64,000 bases of DNA from Neoechinorhynchus agilis (Eukaryota; Animalia; Acanthocephala): assembly GCA_051530055.1 (NCBI GenBank), contig CM121342.1, positions 4,897,489 through 4,961,488 on the forward strand, read 5' to 3'. This document shows positions 27,601-41,167 of the stretch, piece by piece. The translations under genes and the position numbers were made by a program. Numbering within the stretch: the stretch's first letter is position 1; each line of letters begins with the position of its first letter. The notes under the pieces are model-generated. The model was not told the DNA's origin. It saw only the letters and a program-made list of their open reading frames with translations, and did no database searches.

Positions 27601-30600
27601 TAGAAAAACAATTTGAAATTGAATATATTCGACTTTAACGATTTCCGTTGAGCGCCGAAACTGATTTAAACCCAAAGGACTCTTTACACGATAAATTATA
27701 TGAACTATTCGCTATCCGATAGAAAATGAAGAGGATCTACACTTAACTCGCTTCGGTACCTGGTTAAATATACGACCAAAGAAATCATTGAGTTTTCCAT
27801 AGATCTGAGATAATTTTTTGTAATCTCTATGAGCTTCGAATATCGGTATTAGCACTTTGTAGATTTCATTGACGACCTCATAGGCTTGAGCATGTACGAA
27901 GAAGATTGCAGCTTGTTCTAAAAGACCAACGAATCCTTGTTCATTTGCGTAGCTTCCGCTGCAAATATTATCTTTTTCAACACTTACGACGTCGTCGCTT
28001 ACGGTTATTGGTATCTATCACAAAGATAAGCACAAAATCGATAACAATAACCAAACAGCACTTTCTTCAAGCACATTTATTGAGATTTTCTAAATGAAAC
28101 ATTTTTTACGGATAAAATCGTCTATGAAGAAGACCTGTAGAGCAACACATCCGATTGGCATATAGTCTCTCTGATAGGAGGTTGTGAGATACTCCGAAAC
28201 GAGTGCTGCTGCATGTAGAATGCATTGGCCAGCTTCCATATATCGAGATCTCTAAAGGTTAAATTTAGATGATGTGATAAAGGGACGAGAAAAAGAGACT
28301 TGTAAGTGGTTTTGTGCCATATTTTGAAGCCAAGTCAGTCTTAAATCAGGGCTTGTTTGATAACAATTGGCCACACGGTGCATTAGATCGGCAATGAGTT
28401 CGGGCTCACCGATATGGTCCCTCATCTTGATTGTATCAGCGATTATTACATTAAGATTACGAACCAAATCCTTTATTTGAGCAGAGAAAGATCGACTTAT
28501 GTTCTCTTCAGCTTCATTCAAACATAGTAGGTGAGTAAGGCAATCGCGAAGATGACCTTCGTCGTATTGATGATCATTTTGACCCACAAGCCAACTCATT
28601 GACATTGTCATTTGCATCTTTATTTTAGCAAAGTTCTAAGCAAAAGATTTGGATTTTATTCGTGAATAAAACGACGAATTTTGATTCGTTTTATTCAAAA
28701 TATACTTACATTTTCTATTGTGTAGTTCTGTTTCATTAGAAAGTACAGAGAAGTGACCGCATTTGTTCGAATTGAAGTGAATATACTAGTGCAGTACTGG
28801 AGTAGTCTCAGACATAATTCTGAGCATTGTTCAGTCAACGAATCATCAAATATATCCTTAGGAAACTAAAGGAACCTCATGCTTTTATTCTGATCAAATG
28901 ATAGTGAACGAAAATAAATCAAGTAGAAAGTACAACCAAAAGGGAAAAAAAGAAAGATTGATAGTTGCCAACGAGCCAAAAAAAGGGTATTTCATGTGAT
29001 TATTGTTTAGAAGAAGTCTTCAAAGCCCACGGTAAATAAGTTTTTGCACTCCACAAGTTCTACGAACCTCGGGTTTGACTTCTTCTAAACAATAATTATT
29101 CAAATCATATAGCCCACCTTAAATTTACCTTCTCAACAAACTCTCTAATTTGTTCCATGATCACCAGCAATATCGATTCGCTCTGGTTAAGCGATAAAGC
29201 TAACAAATATGTTTTAAAGATATGTCCAATAAGTTCCGCATCCAAAGTATTTATTGACTATATTTATAAAGGACGAATCTTTTTAAAGTAAAAGTACCTT
29301 TACTAGCGTGGAAAGGACCTTAAGAACAACTAGCGAACATTCACTAGACCGAATCCTATCGCGTTTGATTAAAAAAGAAGTGTCTTGTACCGAAGGATGG
29401 TCTCTAAAAGCATAGAAGTGTTCATTGTTATTTACTCTCACATACCTCTCGTTTTCGAGACCAAGCAATTCACTTTCTTGTAAGGAAGCATTAACATTCG
29501 GCACGTAAATTGATTTCTTGCTCGATGATATAAGACTGCACATTCTCGTTCTCATGGGAGATTTTTCTCGACACCGATGGAGTACTTGAGAGAAAATCGA
29601 CTATTGTTTTTTAAACAAATGTTACCAGGTGTAAATAATAACAAAAATAACCTTGTACTCAAAGAGCAAAAAACAGTCTTTTAAGACATTTAACAACTTT
29701 CCAAACTCGATTTTGCCAAATGAATTCAACAACTGAAAGAGCTTTTGTTTGCTTAGGTACTTCATGATCCATAGAAAGCATATTAATAGATTTGAATGAA
29801 GAAATTGTTGTGGAGAAGAGTGAGCACGCTAAAAAAAGAGGTAAACAATAGTAGAATGTTAGTAATAAATGAAATCTTATTTTTCAAAGAAAAGGTCATT
29901 GGTGATTTATATCCTTCTTAGCAGCGAAATTTTAATGTTAAACACAAGTTCATTTATGTAGAACCCTAATAATTTCAAAAATTTGATTCGAACTGGGTTT
30001 CAATAGGTCGATGGCTCGTAGTAGAAACCAACCTCAAATTTTCGGACGTAGTTTATGGCCATCATCGAAGTCCGTCTTGACCTAAAATCGAGATGTACAC
30101 TAGAGCTTTCGTTTGATTCGATAGAAGAGCTGCATTCATCACTATTCGTCGAGGCCGGTAATCCAATTGAAGCGATTTCTTTTCGTCTCAATTTTGACAA
30201 CGATACGAAATTGATAACAAGATTAACTAATCCGCTCCATGATTGAGCTATGGCGTTCAATGGCGGTTCGATGAGCATCGATTTCTTTGATTTTCGTTCA
30301 CCTATCAATAGAACAGTGCAAACTACATCGAAGGCTTTGATATAGCAGTCGGTGCACCTTTCATTGCTATTATATCACTTTTTAGTATCAAAGATAACAA
30401 AAAAGTACTCACATCTTCCATTCGTTCATGGAAAATAGTATATGCAAATGCTCTAAAATTACAGATACTGGCCATTGAAAGTTATCTTTAGATGCTTGAA
30501 AGTTCAGGATCATAAAATGTTCATGGCTGCAAATAATCTTCAGATATTCCCATTTGAGGGATTCTATGATTGGAAATAGGCATAGATGTGTAACTTTGGC

Positions 30601-33600
30601 AGATTCCAACTAAGCGAAAATTTACTTTAAAAAGAGCTAAAAGGAAATACCATTTTGAGATGGATTTGAATAAGCTCAAATATTATGCTAGGAGACACGA
30701 TCGAGATGATATCGTGAATGAAAAACCCTATAGACCAGTTGAGTTGTCGTGATCGTTCGTTGTCCTTTTTTTTGTTTGATTTTGAGATCACAAATAAATT
30801 CAATAAGGAATAAACCTGATGATGTAAGTCAGAAATCACGTTCATTACGATTTCATCTACGAGAATATTAAGCAAAACACTGAGATCATCGAAGAACCTG
30901 CGATCATCTAAGACTTTTAAGTTCTCACTTCTAGCATATAGATTAAGTGAGCGTATCTATATAAAAGCCGTTTATGAATCTATGAGATATTAGGTGACTC
31001 ACAGTCATTTCAAAGAGAAACCAAGCGTTTGTACTAGAGAGATCTTTAACTGTTCCTGTGGACAATCCCCATTGAAGAATTATTTCCTCGTGGACCTTAA
31101 AGTTTAAAAATGTCGATATGTGAGAGGGGGGGAATCATTTGCGGTAAATGATTTCTTTTTTATTAAAAGGACGTTCTGCGAATCTCGTAAATCTCAGTAT
31201 ACGAAGTGTGCAGAACGTTTTAAAATCAAAATAATCATTTTTCCGCCGATGTGAAGACTTCTAATTCCAATAAGAGTGACCTCGATTATTCAAAAATACA
31301 AAAGTAACCTTCTTCGTATTCGAATTTCTATCGATCGATTGAGAATAAAAATGGACATATGAGACCAGTATAGAACACCGAGGCTGAATTCCACGTTGGT
31401 CAAATCGGTGTGTGGACTCCTCCAGAACTGTACATTCTTTGCTCACGCAATCGACTAAACGAACAATTGCATTGAACACAAGCGAGCACGTTACACCTAA
31501 CAAAACATTTAAAATATATTTAAAAGAAAAATACACACTTACTTGTCTCCTCATTTGATTTCTCGCCACACAAAAGTCTGAATAATTTATCAAGAATAAC
31601 GTAGCAAAATTGGATTAAGCTCCTTTGATTTGCACTGGTTAATTTTTCTAGTGTAATCCGAAGAAGATTGTCATCCGTTGAAGTTGTCACCAAACGTTTT
31701 CCATAACACTCGAAGAACGATTCAACATACTCGTCCTTAATGAATCCGAGCATAGTGAAGAAAAATGAAACAAGCGAAAGCGATCGATTTTTATGTGCAA
31801 TTAAAAAATAACGTAAAGCAAACAATATTGTGAAAGAGCTCTGCGGAAATACAGTTGGCAGATTTGAAAAACCCAGATTTTGGCGACAAAAATACTTTCC
31901 TTGGAGAATTTAGTGTGAGAAAAGTGGACGACAATGATGGCAACAACAGCATTGCAAATCGCCTTAAGATAAATACTAATCGGCATTGAACGAACTTACT
32001 TGAGAATGGATGGTTGAAACGAGTTTTAAGTGAACTTTTAATAGTGCTCGGCTACTGTCTATCCATCTAATTCCAACGTATTCATCGAAAGGAGAAAGTT
32101 GTGGGTAATTCTTAGGAAGTTCGTAAGTGATCGGCAAGTAGTAATGTGCTCTTTCTCGCTGGCAAATGACTGATTTTCTAATCGGTAGCCACTAGGTAGA
32201 CGAGAGAGAGAGATGATTATGGATTTATATTAGACCCCAGCACCAACCGCAAACCCGGCAACTGTCTCTAGGGGGATATCCTCTTTCTTTTGACAACTAA
32301 TATGATAAATCGTAAAGAGAATATGGTCAAACTCGGACATAATCGCTGGCAGTCGGATCTTGACTTCGTCGTAAAAGTGTGGATTCCTCTGGTGATATAT
32401 CACAGGGAGAAAGATCTCCTTTTGGAGATCAGTTGTTCCAGTTTTAGTAACTATAACTGCAGCAGCGTGCTTAGACTCCTCCCCGGTCATAAATTGAATT
32501 TTTATGCCAATGTTTCGTATACTGCCATTGACTCGAGAACTGCCAATGAGAGATAAGTGCATTGGATAAACGTAGAGGATATTCCTTTTAATCATTAATT
32601 ACCGACAGTTTACAAAATGCTGAAGTTACCTGTAGAATATGTTCGGTTTGCAATCGCCATTTGAGCTAAATTCCAATATTTCCTTTGTCGGCCTTCGCAA
32701 TTGATCGGATATTGGTTTTAAGTAATAAAAATCAGGATCTATGCACCCTTCAGGAATGCCCTTCATGCATGAAAATTCGAATTTTATAGTGACTTGAAGA
32801 ACATGATGTTAGTTAATAGAATTTTAAAAGCTTTCTAACCTGGAATGACCTTCAGTCTTTTTACAAAAGAAGATTTTCTACATTCTGAAAGATATTTAAT
32901 AATATCATCATCACTCATTCTATCTGAATCCTAAAAGTATTTTAATGGTAGATTTTAAAGAAATTAATTTTTTTTAAACGATAACACGTAAATTTCTTTA
33001 ATGGAAGTGTAAGATGTGAACATATGGGGCTAAAATTGAAAACTAAATTTTAAACATGTTTTTTAACGGTTTGTGAAAGTTGGCCATTGGCAATCATTAG
33101 TTAAGCGTAATATCGTGTCAGAAAAACCCCTAATAAAATTCAGCTATTTTTCATTTTAGTGGAACTTTTCAGCCTTAAATTTATTGGACCTGTACTGATT
33201 TATGTTGTTGAGTTGATAAGATAAAGTTACCAGTCGATAAATATGTTTGAGTGTAATAAGTGTAGGTGCCATTGAGCTCAGTCTGTTGGTTAATCGATCA
33301 GACTTGAATCGGTCGTATGAGCAACTTTCGGCTACATTACAATCTGCAGTTACACCACGACGACAGACGGATTCGTCTCTCAGTCTAAACCTCAAATTTC
33401 CTGATTCCGTGCGAAACTGGTGGGTTGATGGACGACGGTCAAGACTAGATGATTTAAACGTAACCCCGTGAGTGATTTCCCGACTTCCTTGGATAAGATC
33501 AATGAGACCAATCGCAGCCCAACCAACGGGCATTCTGTACCGTCCCAATCGTTCACAAAAACATCTTGCATTTTCGTTGAGTCGATTTTGAAGTTGTTTT

Positions 33601-35151
33601 TTCCCCTTTTGATCAGTTTTAGTGTACGGTTCCATACAATCTCCAATGTCTCCTTGTTGTAGAACTTTCTCAATCTGCAACATACGATCAAGGATGAATC
33701 GGCTTACAGTCGAGACGAACCCTAACGATAAAGCATATATCAGCGTGAGGATTTGCAATGGAAAAAATAGCTGATCGACTTATGGATGAAGAGTCCACGG
33801 ATTGAAAGCATGGAATCATTCGGCGGATAGCGTTAGTGTTCATATCAAAATTGAAATTCTCACTGAGCTAAAATGTACGACGAATAGTTAGAAGATCATA
33901 ATAAGATGGAACCTTTTTCCGCACTCGAGTATCATACAATGCAATTGAGTAGAAAAATGGTTCGGCTTCATATTCAAATCTAAACGAATAAGCAATAGAA
34001 TCATTTGAGTTAAACCTTACTTTGCACTTATGCATCGCAGCATTATCCGAAGTTTCTCGTCTTCATTCGCAAAATCCACACATGATCGATATTCAAAGCA
34101 ATTTGACTAGATTCAATGCACATGATGAACTTAGTAGATTTTTCAAATTATCATTAGTCTACATTTCGTCCTATGATATTTCACAACAAGATTTTGATAA
34201 GGATCACAAGGATTATTAAATTGCTTCTAGTATGGAAACAAAATTTACCTGATTCGTCAAATTATTGACGAAGAAGGGCATGAATGATAAAGTGCTTCTT
34301 ATTTTAGTACTCGGTACATCAGCCAAAAACGTATTTTCCTATTAAAAAATGCTAGTATCTCAACAAAAAAAGCCCAATGGGAATCAAACCTGTTCTTGAC
34401 TAATCATGTCGACTTCGTAAACTTGATCGTCAGAATCTTTTATAGCATCCAAGGCATCAGACACAAACGAAGGTGGACAAATTGATGTTGAATAATGGCA
34501 ATAACTATCAAATCCATTTGAGAATGTACGTGTAAATGGTATTTACCGTCTTTTCAGCAGAATATTATCTCCATTGTAAGATCGGAGGCAGTCGTTGATA
34601 TGGATTCTCTGAATGGGACTTTTAACGAAATAATACCTGAACATTTAAAGAAATGCAAAACTAACTCGTCGATATATGAAGATGAATCTCCATAATAAGT
34701 GAGCTTGTACTCATTGTCGATTGCAGACGGCAGTGGTGGAGCAGAAGTCCGAAATATCCTTCGAATTCGCAAAGCTTCAATGTTATCATCCGGAAATGTA
34801 GCTTGAAAATCGTTCGTATTATCCATAGATTAAGACGTTCTTCGGAATGAACAACGATATCTAAGGTAGTCTGAAAAAAGAGGATATTTCAAAAGGCATT
34901 CGGGTGAACAAATGTAGGAATATTTTTTCTAATTTGCATGATATCGCATAAAATTAGACGTAGGACAAAAACGTAGCCTGGGAATGTCTATTAACGCAAT
35001 CGATTTTATGGAGAAGTCGTTTTGATGCCATCTCGTCGGTATGTTGTAATAGAACAAAAGAGTGGGACTCATCGAATTTCACAACTTTAATTGGATCCAA
35101 CAAGGTAACTGCCATTCGGCTCAGCGAAAAGGTTTGGCAATCGCACTCCAT
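24647..35151 (-). CDS. DOCK7: Dedicator of cytokinesis GEF, DOCK-C subfamily (DOCK6/7/8, Zir-like), many exons; 5' end uncertain
   Basis: N-terminal FPDD..RT motif; DHR1/C2 [25 protein letters not shown]; [13 protein letters not shown]; DHR2 [30 protein letters not shown] and [13 protein letters not shown]. Confidence 0.92.
25904..26051. mobile_element. MITE-like foldback in a DOCK intron
   Basis: AAGAAGTTTTCATGTGGT..CTAAAGACGTTCTGCGAACTCGT pairs with ACGAGGTTCACAGAACGTCTTTAG..ACCACATGAAAACTTCTT. Confidence 0.7.
26695..27495. repeat. Intronic tandem repeat, ~185-197-bp unit, ~4.5 copies
   Basis: GGTCGATCATCACAAGCCGAGAGGGAGATCGTTAAAGTCG recurs near 26705, 26848, 27045, 27225 and 27409. Confidence 0.92.
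31135..31262. mobile_element. Second, more degenerate copy of the intronic foldback family
   Basis: Shares ACGTTCTGCGAA..CTCGT / ACGA..GCAGAACGT arms with 25904-26051. Confidence 0.5.
34816..34887 (-). other. Putative U12-type AT-AC intron in the DOCK gene (72 nt)
   Basis: Minus strand: ATATCCTCTTTT 5' site, TCTTAAT branch-like motif about 14 nt before the terminal AC. Splicing removes an in-frame TAA and gives [14 protein letters not shown]. Confidence 0.7.
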
Positions 35152-35844
35152 AATGAAAATGCTTGTTTATGGCGGACAAACACAACAAAGCTGATGTACA
35201 TTGCCGATTAAAATCTCCAGCGCCATAAAAACAAACATCAGAACAATTAAATCTGTAAACAACAACTTTAAAAATAAGTATGTCGGAAAAAATGTTACAA
35301 CTCGAGCATTGTTAATCGGGAAAATTAGAATAAAATCTCATCAAAGGTATCTTAAGCATTAAAGTTATCTACTTGCATTTGACGATAGCTGAGAAACGAA
35401 TTCATGTGGTCCCCAATGTAAACGGAAAGATATACGTCTGCTGTATCCAAGTTGCAGCAGGATCACATTCGTAAGGGAGATCGTCGAGACGCCTTATCTC
35501 ACAAGGAATCACTAAGAACTTCGACCAAGACATCTATTCTCATCGATTGATTGATGTGTTTACATAATAGACTGATCGGCTTATACAATAAATATTGCTG
35601 GAAGTTGAGTACAATTGAACATTGAAACCCGACTAACCAATCGATCATGATAGCTACGGCGTCATTTAAAAAAAAAGTACATATTTTTGGAATCAGCGGA
35701 TCGAGATGGACACCACCAGTTTGTGGTAGCAAGGTTCTTTTAGTCATAAACGAAGCCAGAGGACGAAATTCACTTTTCGCTTTCGGTCGGATCTACATCT
35801 TATAATAAGAATAAGACGTTTTATTGTTGAAACTAGAGGAATCG

Positions 35845-36330
35845 TGCACCTCTGAGTCCTCGGTGCTTCTGAGTCCTCGAATACCTTTGGGTCCTCGAAT
35901 ACCTCTGGGTCCTCGAATACCTTTGGGTCCTCGGTACCTCCGGGTCGTCCTCAGTGCCCCTGGGTCCTCGAATACCTTTAGGTCCTTGAATACTTTGGAT
36001 CCTCGAATACCTTTAGGTCCTCGAATACCTTTGAGTCCTCGAATACCATTAGGTCCTCGGTACCTCCGGGTCGTCCTCAGTGTCCCTGGGTCCTCGAATA
36101 CCTTTAGGTCCTTGAATACCTTTGGATCCTCGAATACCTTTAGGTCCTCGAATACCTTTGAGTCCTCGAATAGCTTTGTGTCCTCGAATACCATTAGGTC
36201 CTCGAATACCATTAGGTCCTCGAATAACTCTGGGTCCTCGAAAAACTTTGAGTCCTCGAATACCTTTGGGTCCTCGATTACCTCTCGGTTTTCGGTACCT
36301 CTGAGTCTTCGAATATTTTTGTCCTCGACT
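35845..36330 (-). repeat. 18-bp minisatellite encoding Gly-X-Y (GPKGIR)n on the minus strand, interrupted by frameshifts
   Basis: Unit AAAGGTATTCGAGGACCC reads GPKGIR or EDPKVF on minus and GPRIPL on plus. Confidence 0.85.
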
Positions 36331-36571
36331 TTTTTGTTGAGAAAAATAATTTTACAGATGGAGATTTTGTTCGAATATAAAGTTTCTATGTGTTTGATTG
36401 CGAATAACAATTGATTTGTTGAGAGAGCGCTGTGATACGCCGCACTTGCTTCCCCAAAAAAGGTTATTAATTCTTTATTTTGATTATCTTAAATGACCAG
36501 AGGGTTCGATATTCATTTTGGTTGCCTGGCAACCTTGAATTAAGACCTTATCAATCGATACCTTCGAGCGT

Positions 36572-36880
36572 ATGGAGCAAACAGGACTTGTTACGATTGT
36601 ACTTTTAGCTTTGGTGATTGTGTTTCAATTGGCCATACTGATTTATCTAATTTACATTGATAAAAAAATTTATAATTCAAAATTCGCTGAAAAGTCAGGC
36701 AACAATAAAAATGAAGAAAAGGAAATTCCAGAAAGTGATGATTTCATATGTGGCAATACTCCGACGGTATGTTATTCTCCTACGGTTCCTTACGGTGCTA
36801 AGATAACGTCTAGTATAATGAACGCAGTTGTAGACTATAGAGAATTAGACAAATTTTGGGAACAGCGAGATTCTAAGTGA
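36572..36880 (+). CDS. Small single-pass membrane protein, 102 aa
   Basis: ATG start, hydrophobic LVTIVLLALVIVFQLAILIYLIYI, then a charged tail with tyrosine motifs; intronless. Confidence 0.55.
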   Translation: MEQTGLVTIVLLALVIVFQLAILIYLIYIDKKIYNSKFAEKSGNNKNEEKEIPESDDFICGNTPTVCYSPTVPYGAKITSSIMNAVVDYRELDKFWEQRDSK

Positions 36881-37484
36881 CCTTTTGATGATTCCGAAAA
36901 TAAAAAATTCTTGTAAAATGTGATTTTAGAAGGATTTAAATGAAATCGATATTTTCCTATGGAGAAAATAGTGCCATTGAGTTTTAAAAAGGATTTTGAA
37001 CCTGACCAAAGTAGTCAGGAATACAATTTTTATAAATGTAACAAAAATAAGAATATCTTTCATGATAACATTCGGGTGACAAGTAATCCTCTCGTGGCGA
37101 TTCACACCCCGATAATCAGTTTTATTTTGTAATATTTCGAAGGGCCATACCCACCTTTTTAAATATGTGAGGCTTGGGTGTGTAAAATCGCAAACTGCCA
37201 TAATCACCTTCGGCAATAGAAGCATTGAACTAGCGATTAGGCTAATAGAAGTGATTTAATGCAGGTTTTGAAACGAGACAAAAACAGAGTAATCTCTACT
37301 CGATAGCTATCAATCTCCATGCCATCATAAATACGTCGAGAGTTGCCATTTTCGACTGAAATATCGCTTTCGCTCTCGGATATATATTTTAGCCTTGGAA
37401 ATGACATAAAACATAATTAAGCACATAAATCATCAAAACGTATAAATGGACGATCTCTCGTTAGTGCGATATCTTAAAGGTACT

Positions 37485-38043
37485 ATGGTATTTAGTATTG
37501 TGATCATCTGTACCGTAACACTATTGAGAGCTGCTTATTCAAAAGATCTCACCCTTGAACACGTACGTCCATGCAACGGTATGATCGCTTTTTCACTCAT
37601 AATTCCATTTGAAACCTTCGAGAAAAAAAGAAGGTCATTTCCCAAAGTCTGTCCATTTGCAAACTTGCCATGCTCTCGATCACAACGTTTGCCACATCCA
37701 CATTGGAGACAAGATTGCCGTTCACACGGAATTCGAGTCCGAAAGTGAGCACTACAATGAATATGAACTAGAGGTGTCCACTGATTTGAACGGAAAACTG
37801 TACTCACGTGCTGCTTCTCATGAGAATTACAAAGTGGATTGCAGAGGATTAGACTGTAGCGTTGATCACTTGCTTCACATTCGATCTTATATGCCCGTTG
37901 TGAGTTTTCATACTAAAAACATTAACTCATTACGATATCTTAAGGGAAAACATACACTTCGGTACGAATTGAAGAGCGTCCGCAATCGATCAATGACGTT
38001 CTTTTGTTATGAAATCGATGTTGAACTGGCTGGTGCTCAGTAG
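37485..38043 (+). CDS. Secreted ML-domain (NPC2/MD-2-like lipid-binding) protein, one intron at about 37580-37629
   Basis: Signal peptide MVFSIVIICTVTLLRAAYS, six cysteines with NPC2-like spacing, beta-rich pattern ending FFCYEIDVEL. Confidence 0.7.
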
Positions 38044-38789
38044 ATTTTTGAAAGGGTTCTAATAAATGATAGCTTTTATTCGAGGAAATGGTGCCAATCA
38101 AACATTCGAACAAGCAAAAAACTAAGATATGCTTAAGAGTAGCAGTTTTTAATATTTTTTGGGTTTAACGACCAAAAACTCGGTCGACGAAGGCGATCCC
38201 TAACCTTACAAAAACAACGAAATGTACCTAGGAAAAGTGCCATTCCGGTTCTTGGTACACTCTATTCGATGCCTAAACAAGTTCATATTTCAAAAAAAGC
38301 GATAAAAGAAGGAATAGAGTATCTTTCTTCTTTCCATCATTTGGGACCTTCCCCTAATATTGAAACTATTTTTAAAATTCAGCAGTCCTTTTTGTTGCAC
38401 AATTTCCTTGAGTGAATTTACTGCTGCTGCTTCATCAGTTTAAGCAAAATGAAAAAGGAGAGTAGCTTTAAAACTCTTCGCCTTCGTCTCGGAAAATTAA
38501 TTCATTGAGTTGATAAGTCCAGTCGCGTTCGATAAGAACAGTGAAGCTATATTGCAAGTACGGTTCTTGAAACGGTCGCTTTCGTCCAGCCATGGACAAT
38601 GTTAATCTGTGGGGATAAATATAGGTAATTAGTAGTCAAAAATCGATGAGCTGGAAACTGTTGGTTTTGTAAACAAATAAGGAACTCGGAGTAGTGCGAG
38701 TGGTGATGCCGTTGACTCTTGACTCGAGAGCAGCAGATCGACCTTCCCGAGGGCCGAGAATCAGCGGTATCACATCTCGCACTGCCCAG

Positions 38790-40545
38790 AGATCCTTGGT
38801 AGGAGGCATGACTCATAAGTGAGTTTCCTCCCATCAACGAGATATTTCGTCCCTTTTGGTTGTGTGCCATCGGCAATAACGGATTCGAACCAGTTGACCC
38901 AACAAAATGGGATCTAAAGCTTTAGTCCACTTGACCACCTCGACACAACTACGGAATGTCAAACTCTGCCATTTTTTCGACTCAGGGTGAGCGCTGTATT
39001 CTATTTTAAGTTTTACTAGCAAGCCGGTTTTGTTTTTCATCATCATTAAATTTTAGTTTGCCCTTCTTGCCCGGCTTATATTTTTTAGGCATAAAACCAA
39101 ACCAATTATAAATCAGAGAAGTGATATAACCGCATAGTCTCTCTACTGCACGGTTAAAAATTTGTACATTCCTCCGGATTCTCAGATACCTCGCGAGGAG
39201 GCGGGACTCATCAGTGGGTTTCCTCCCTTCAGCGAGATATTTCGTCCCCTTTGGTTGTGTGTCATCGACGGTAACGGATTCGAACCAGTTGACCCAACAA
39301 ACTGGAATCAAAAGCATTAGTCCACTTGACCACCTCGACACAACTACGGAATGTACAAACTCTGCCATTTTTTCGACTCAGGGTGAGCGCTGTATTCTAT
39401 TTTAAGTTTTACTAGCAAGCCGGTTTTGTTTTTCATCATCATTAAATTTTAGTTTGCCCTTCTTGCCCGGCTTATATTTTTTAGGCATAAAGCCAAACCA
39501 AATATAAATCAGAGAAGTGATATAACAACATAGTCTCTCTAATGCACGGTTAAAAATTTGTACATTCCTCCGGATTCTCAGATACCTCGCGAGGAGGCGG
39601 GACTCATCAGTGGGTTTCCTCCCTTCAGCGAGATATTTCGTCCCTTTTGGTTGTGTGTCATCGACGGTAGCGGATTCGAACCAGTTGACCCAACAAAGTG
39701 GAATCAAAAGCATTAGTCCACTTGACCACCTCGACACAACTACGGAATGCTGCCATTTTTTCGACTTAGGGTGAGCGCTGTATTCTATTTTAAGTTTTAC
39801 TAGCAAGCCGGTTTTGTTTTTCATCATCATTAAATTTTAGTTTACCCTTCTTGCCCGGCTTATATTTGTAGGCATAAAACAAAACCAAATATAAATCAGA
39901 GAAGTGATATAACAACATAGTCTCTCTAATGCACGGTTAAAAATTTGTACATTCCTCCGGATTCTCAGATACCTCGCGAGGAGGCGGGACTCATCAGTGG
40001 GTTTCCTCCCTTCAGCGAGATATTTCGTCCCCTTTGGTTGTGTGTCATCGACGGTAACGGATTCGAACCAGTTGACCCAACAAACTGGAATCAAAAGCAT
40101 TAGTCCACTTGACCACCTCGACACAACTACGGAATGTACAAACTGCCATTTTTTTCGACTCAGGGTGAGCGCTGTATTCTATTTTAAGTTTTACTAGCTA
40201 GCCGGTTTTGTTTTTCATCATCATTAAATTTTAGTTTGCCCTTCTGCCCGGCTTATATTTTTTAGGCATAAAGCCGAACCAATTATAAATCAGAGAATTG
40301 ATATAATCGCATAGTCTCTCTACTGCACGGTTAAAAATTTGTACATTCCTCCGGATTCTCAGATACCTCTCCCGAGGACGTGGGACTTATCAGTGAGTTT
40401 CCTCTTCCCTTCATCGAGGTATTTCGTCCCTTTTAGTTGTGTGCCATCGACAATAACGGATTCGAACCAGTTGACCCAACAAACTGGGATCTAAAGCTTT
40501 AGTCCACTTGAAAACCTCATCAGCACAACTACGGAATGTACAAAC
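38790..40545 (-). ncRNA. Tandem array (5 units, ~387-396 bp) of a tRNA-headed hammerhead-ribozyme element
   Basis: Reverse-complement CTGATGA cores at 39208, 39604 and 39991 (intact), 40387 (G8A) and 38813 (degenerate). Each has GGGAC-GAAA, an A-box TGGTCAAGTGG and a B-box GGTTCGAATCC. Confidence 0.88.
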
Positions 40546-41167
40546 TTCGCCGCAAATTGGCCTGGATAAGCTTTCTGATTTTTTTGAATTTTTATATGTG
40601 GCTCAGCCGGTAGTCTTTTTGGTAGATATGTTTAAGATTTTTTCTCTTCACTGCCGAATGCACACTGCACTTAATGCCCATCTTAAACATATCTATCAAA
40701 AAGGACTACCGGCTGAGTCACATATAAAAAATTCTAAAAATAATATTGCAATATTTTTTTATAATGCTTGTAATGTTGTTATGTGAGATTTCGATGTTTA
40801 ATGAAGAAATTAATTTATAAAACAATCAAAATACATTGACACTACGACTACTTGAAGTAAATTTGAGAACAATTAGCAATGATTCTGCAATGGGTTTTTT
40901 TGTAGTTGTTATTGTAATAATTGAAAGTCATTTTTTTGGTTCGACTTAGAACTTTATCAAATTAAAAACTTTCTATTCAAGTGTTCATGATAAAAAGGTG
41001 AAAAATGAAGTCCGGATTGATTACAAGAGCCGTCCATACTAAAAAGACGGACTACTACGAAATTTGAGTTGGTGTCTTTATAAGAAAAAGGATTGGGATA
41101 TGTTCTATTTTTTGTGTCGATCGCGTTGGTAATTGTATTTAAAGAGTATCATCGATCAACATGGACT

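Noticed and set aside
34830-34845. In-frame TAA in the DOCK N-terminal region suggesting a variant genetic code
   Set aside because: It is explained by an AT-AC intron, and TAA, TAG and TGA all terminate recognisable genes in the window.
35150-35790. ORF 35499-35747 and neighbouring frames as a separate gene or a DOCK first exon
   Set aside because: No recognisable motif and no consistent exon chain could be built by eye.
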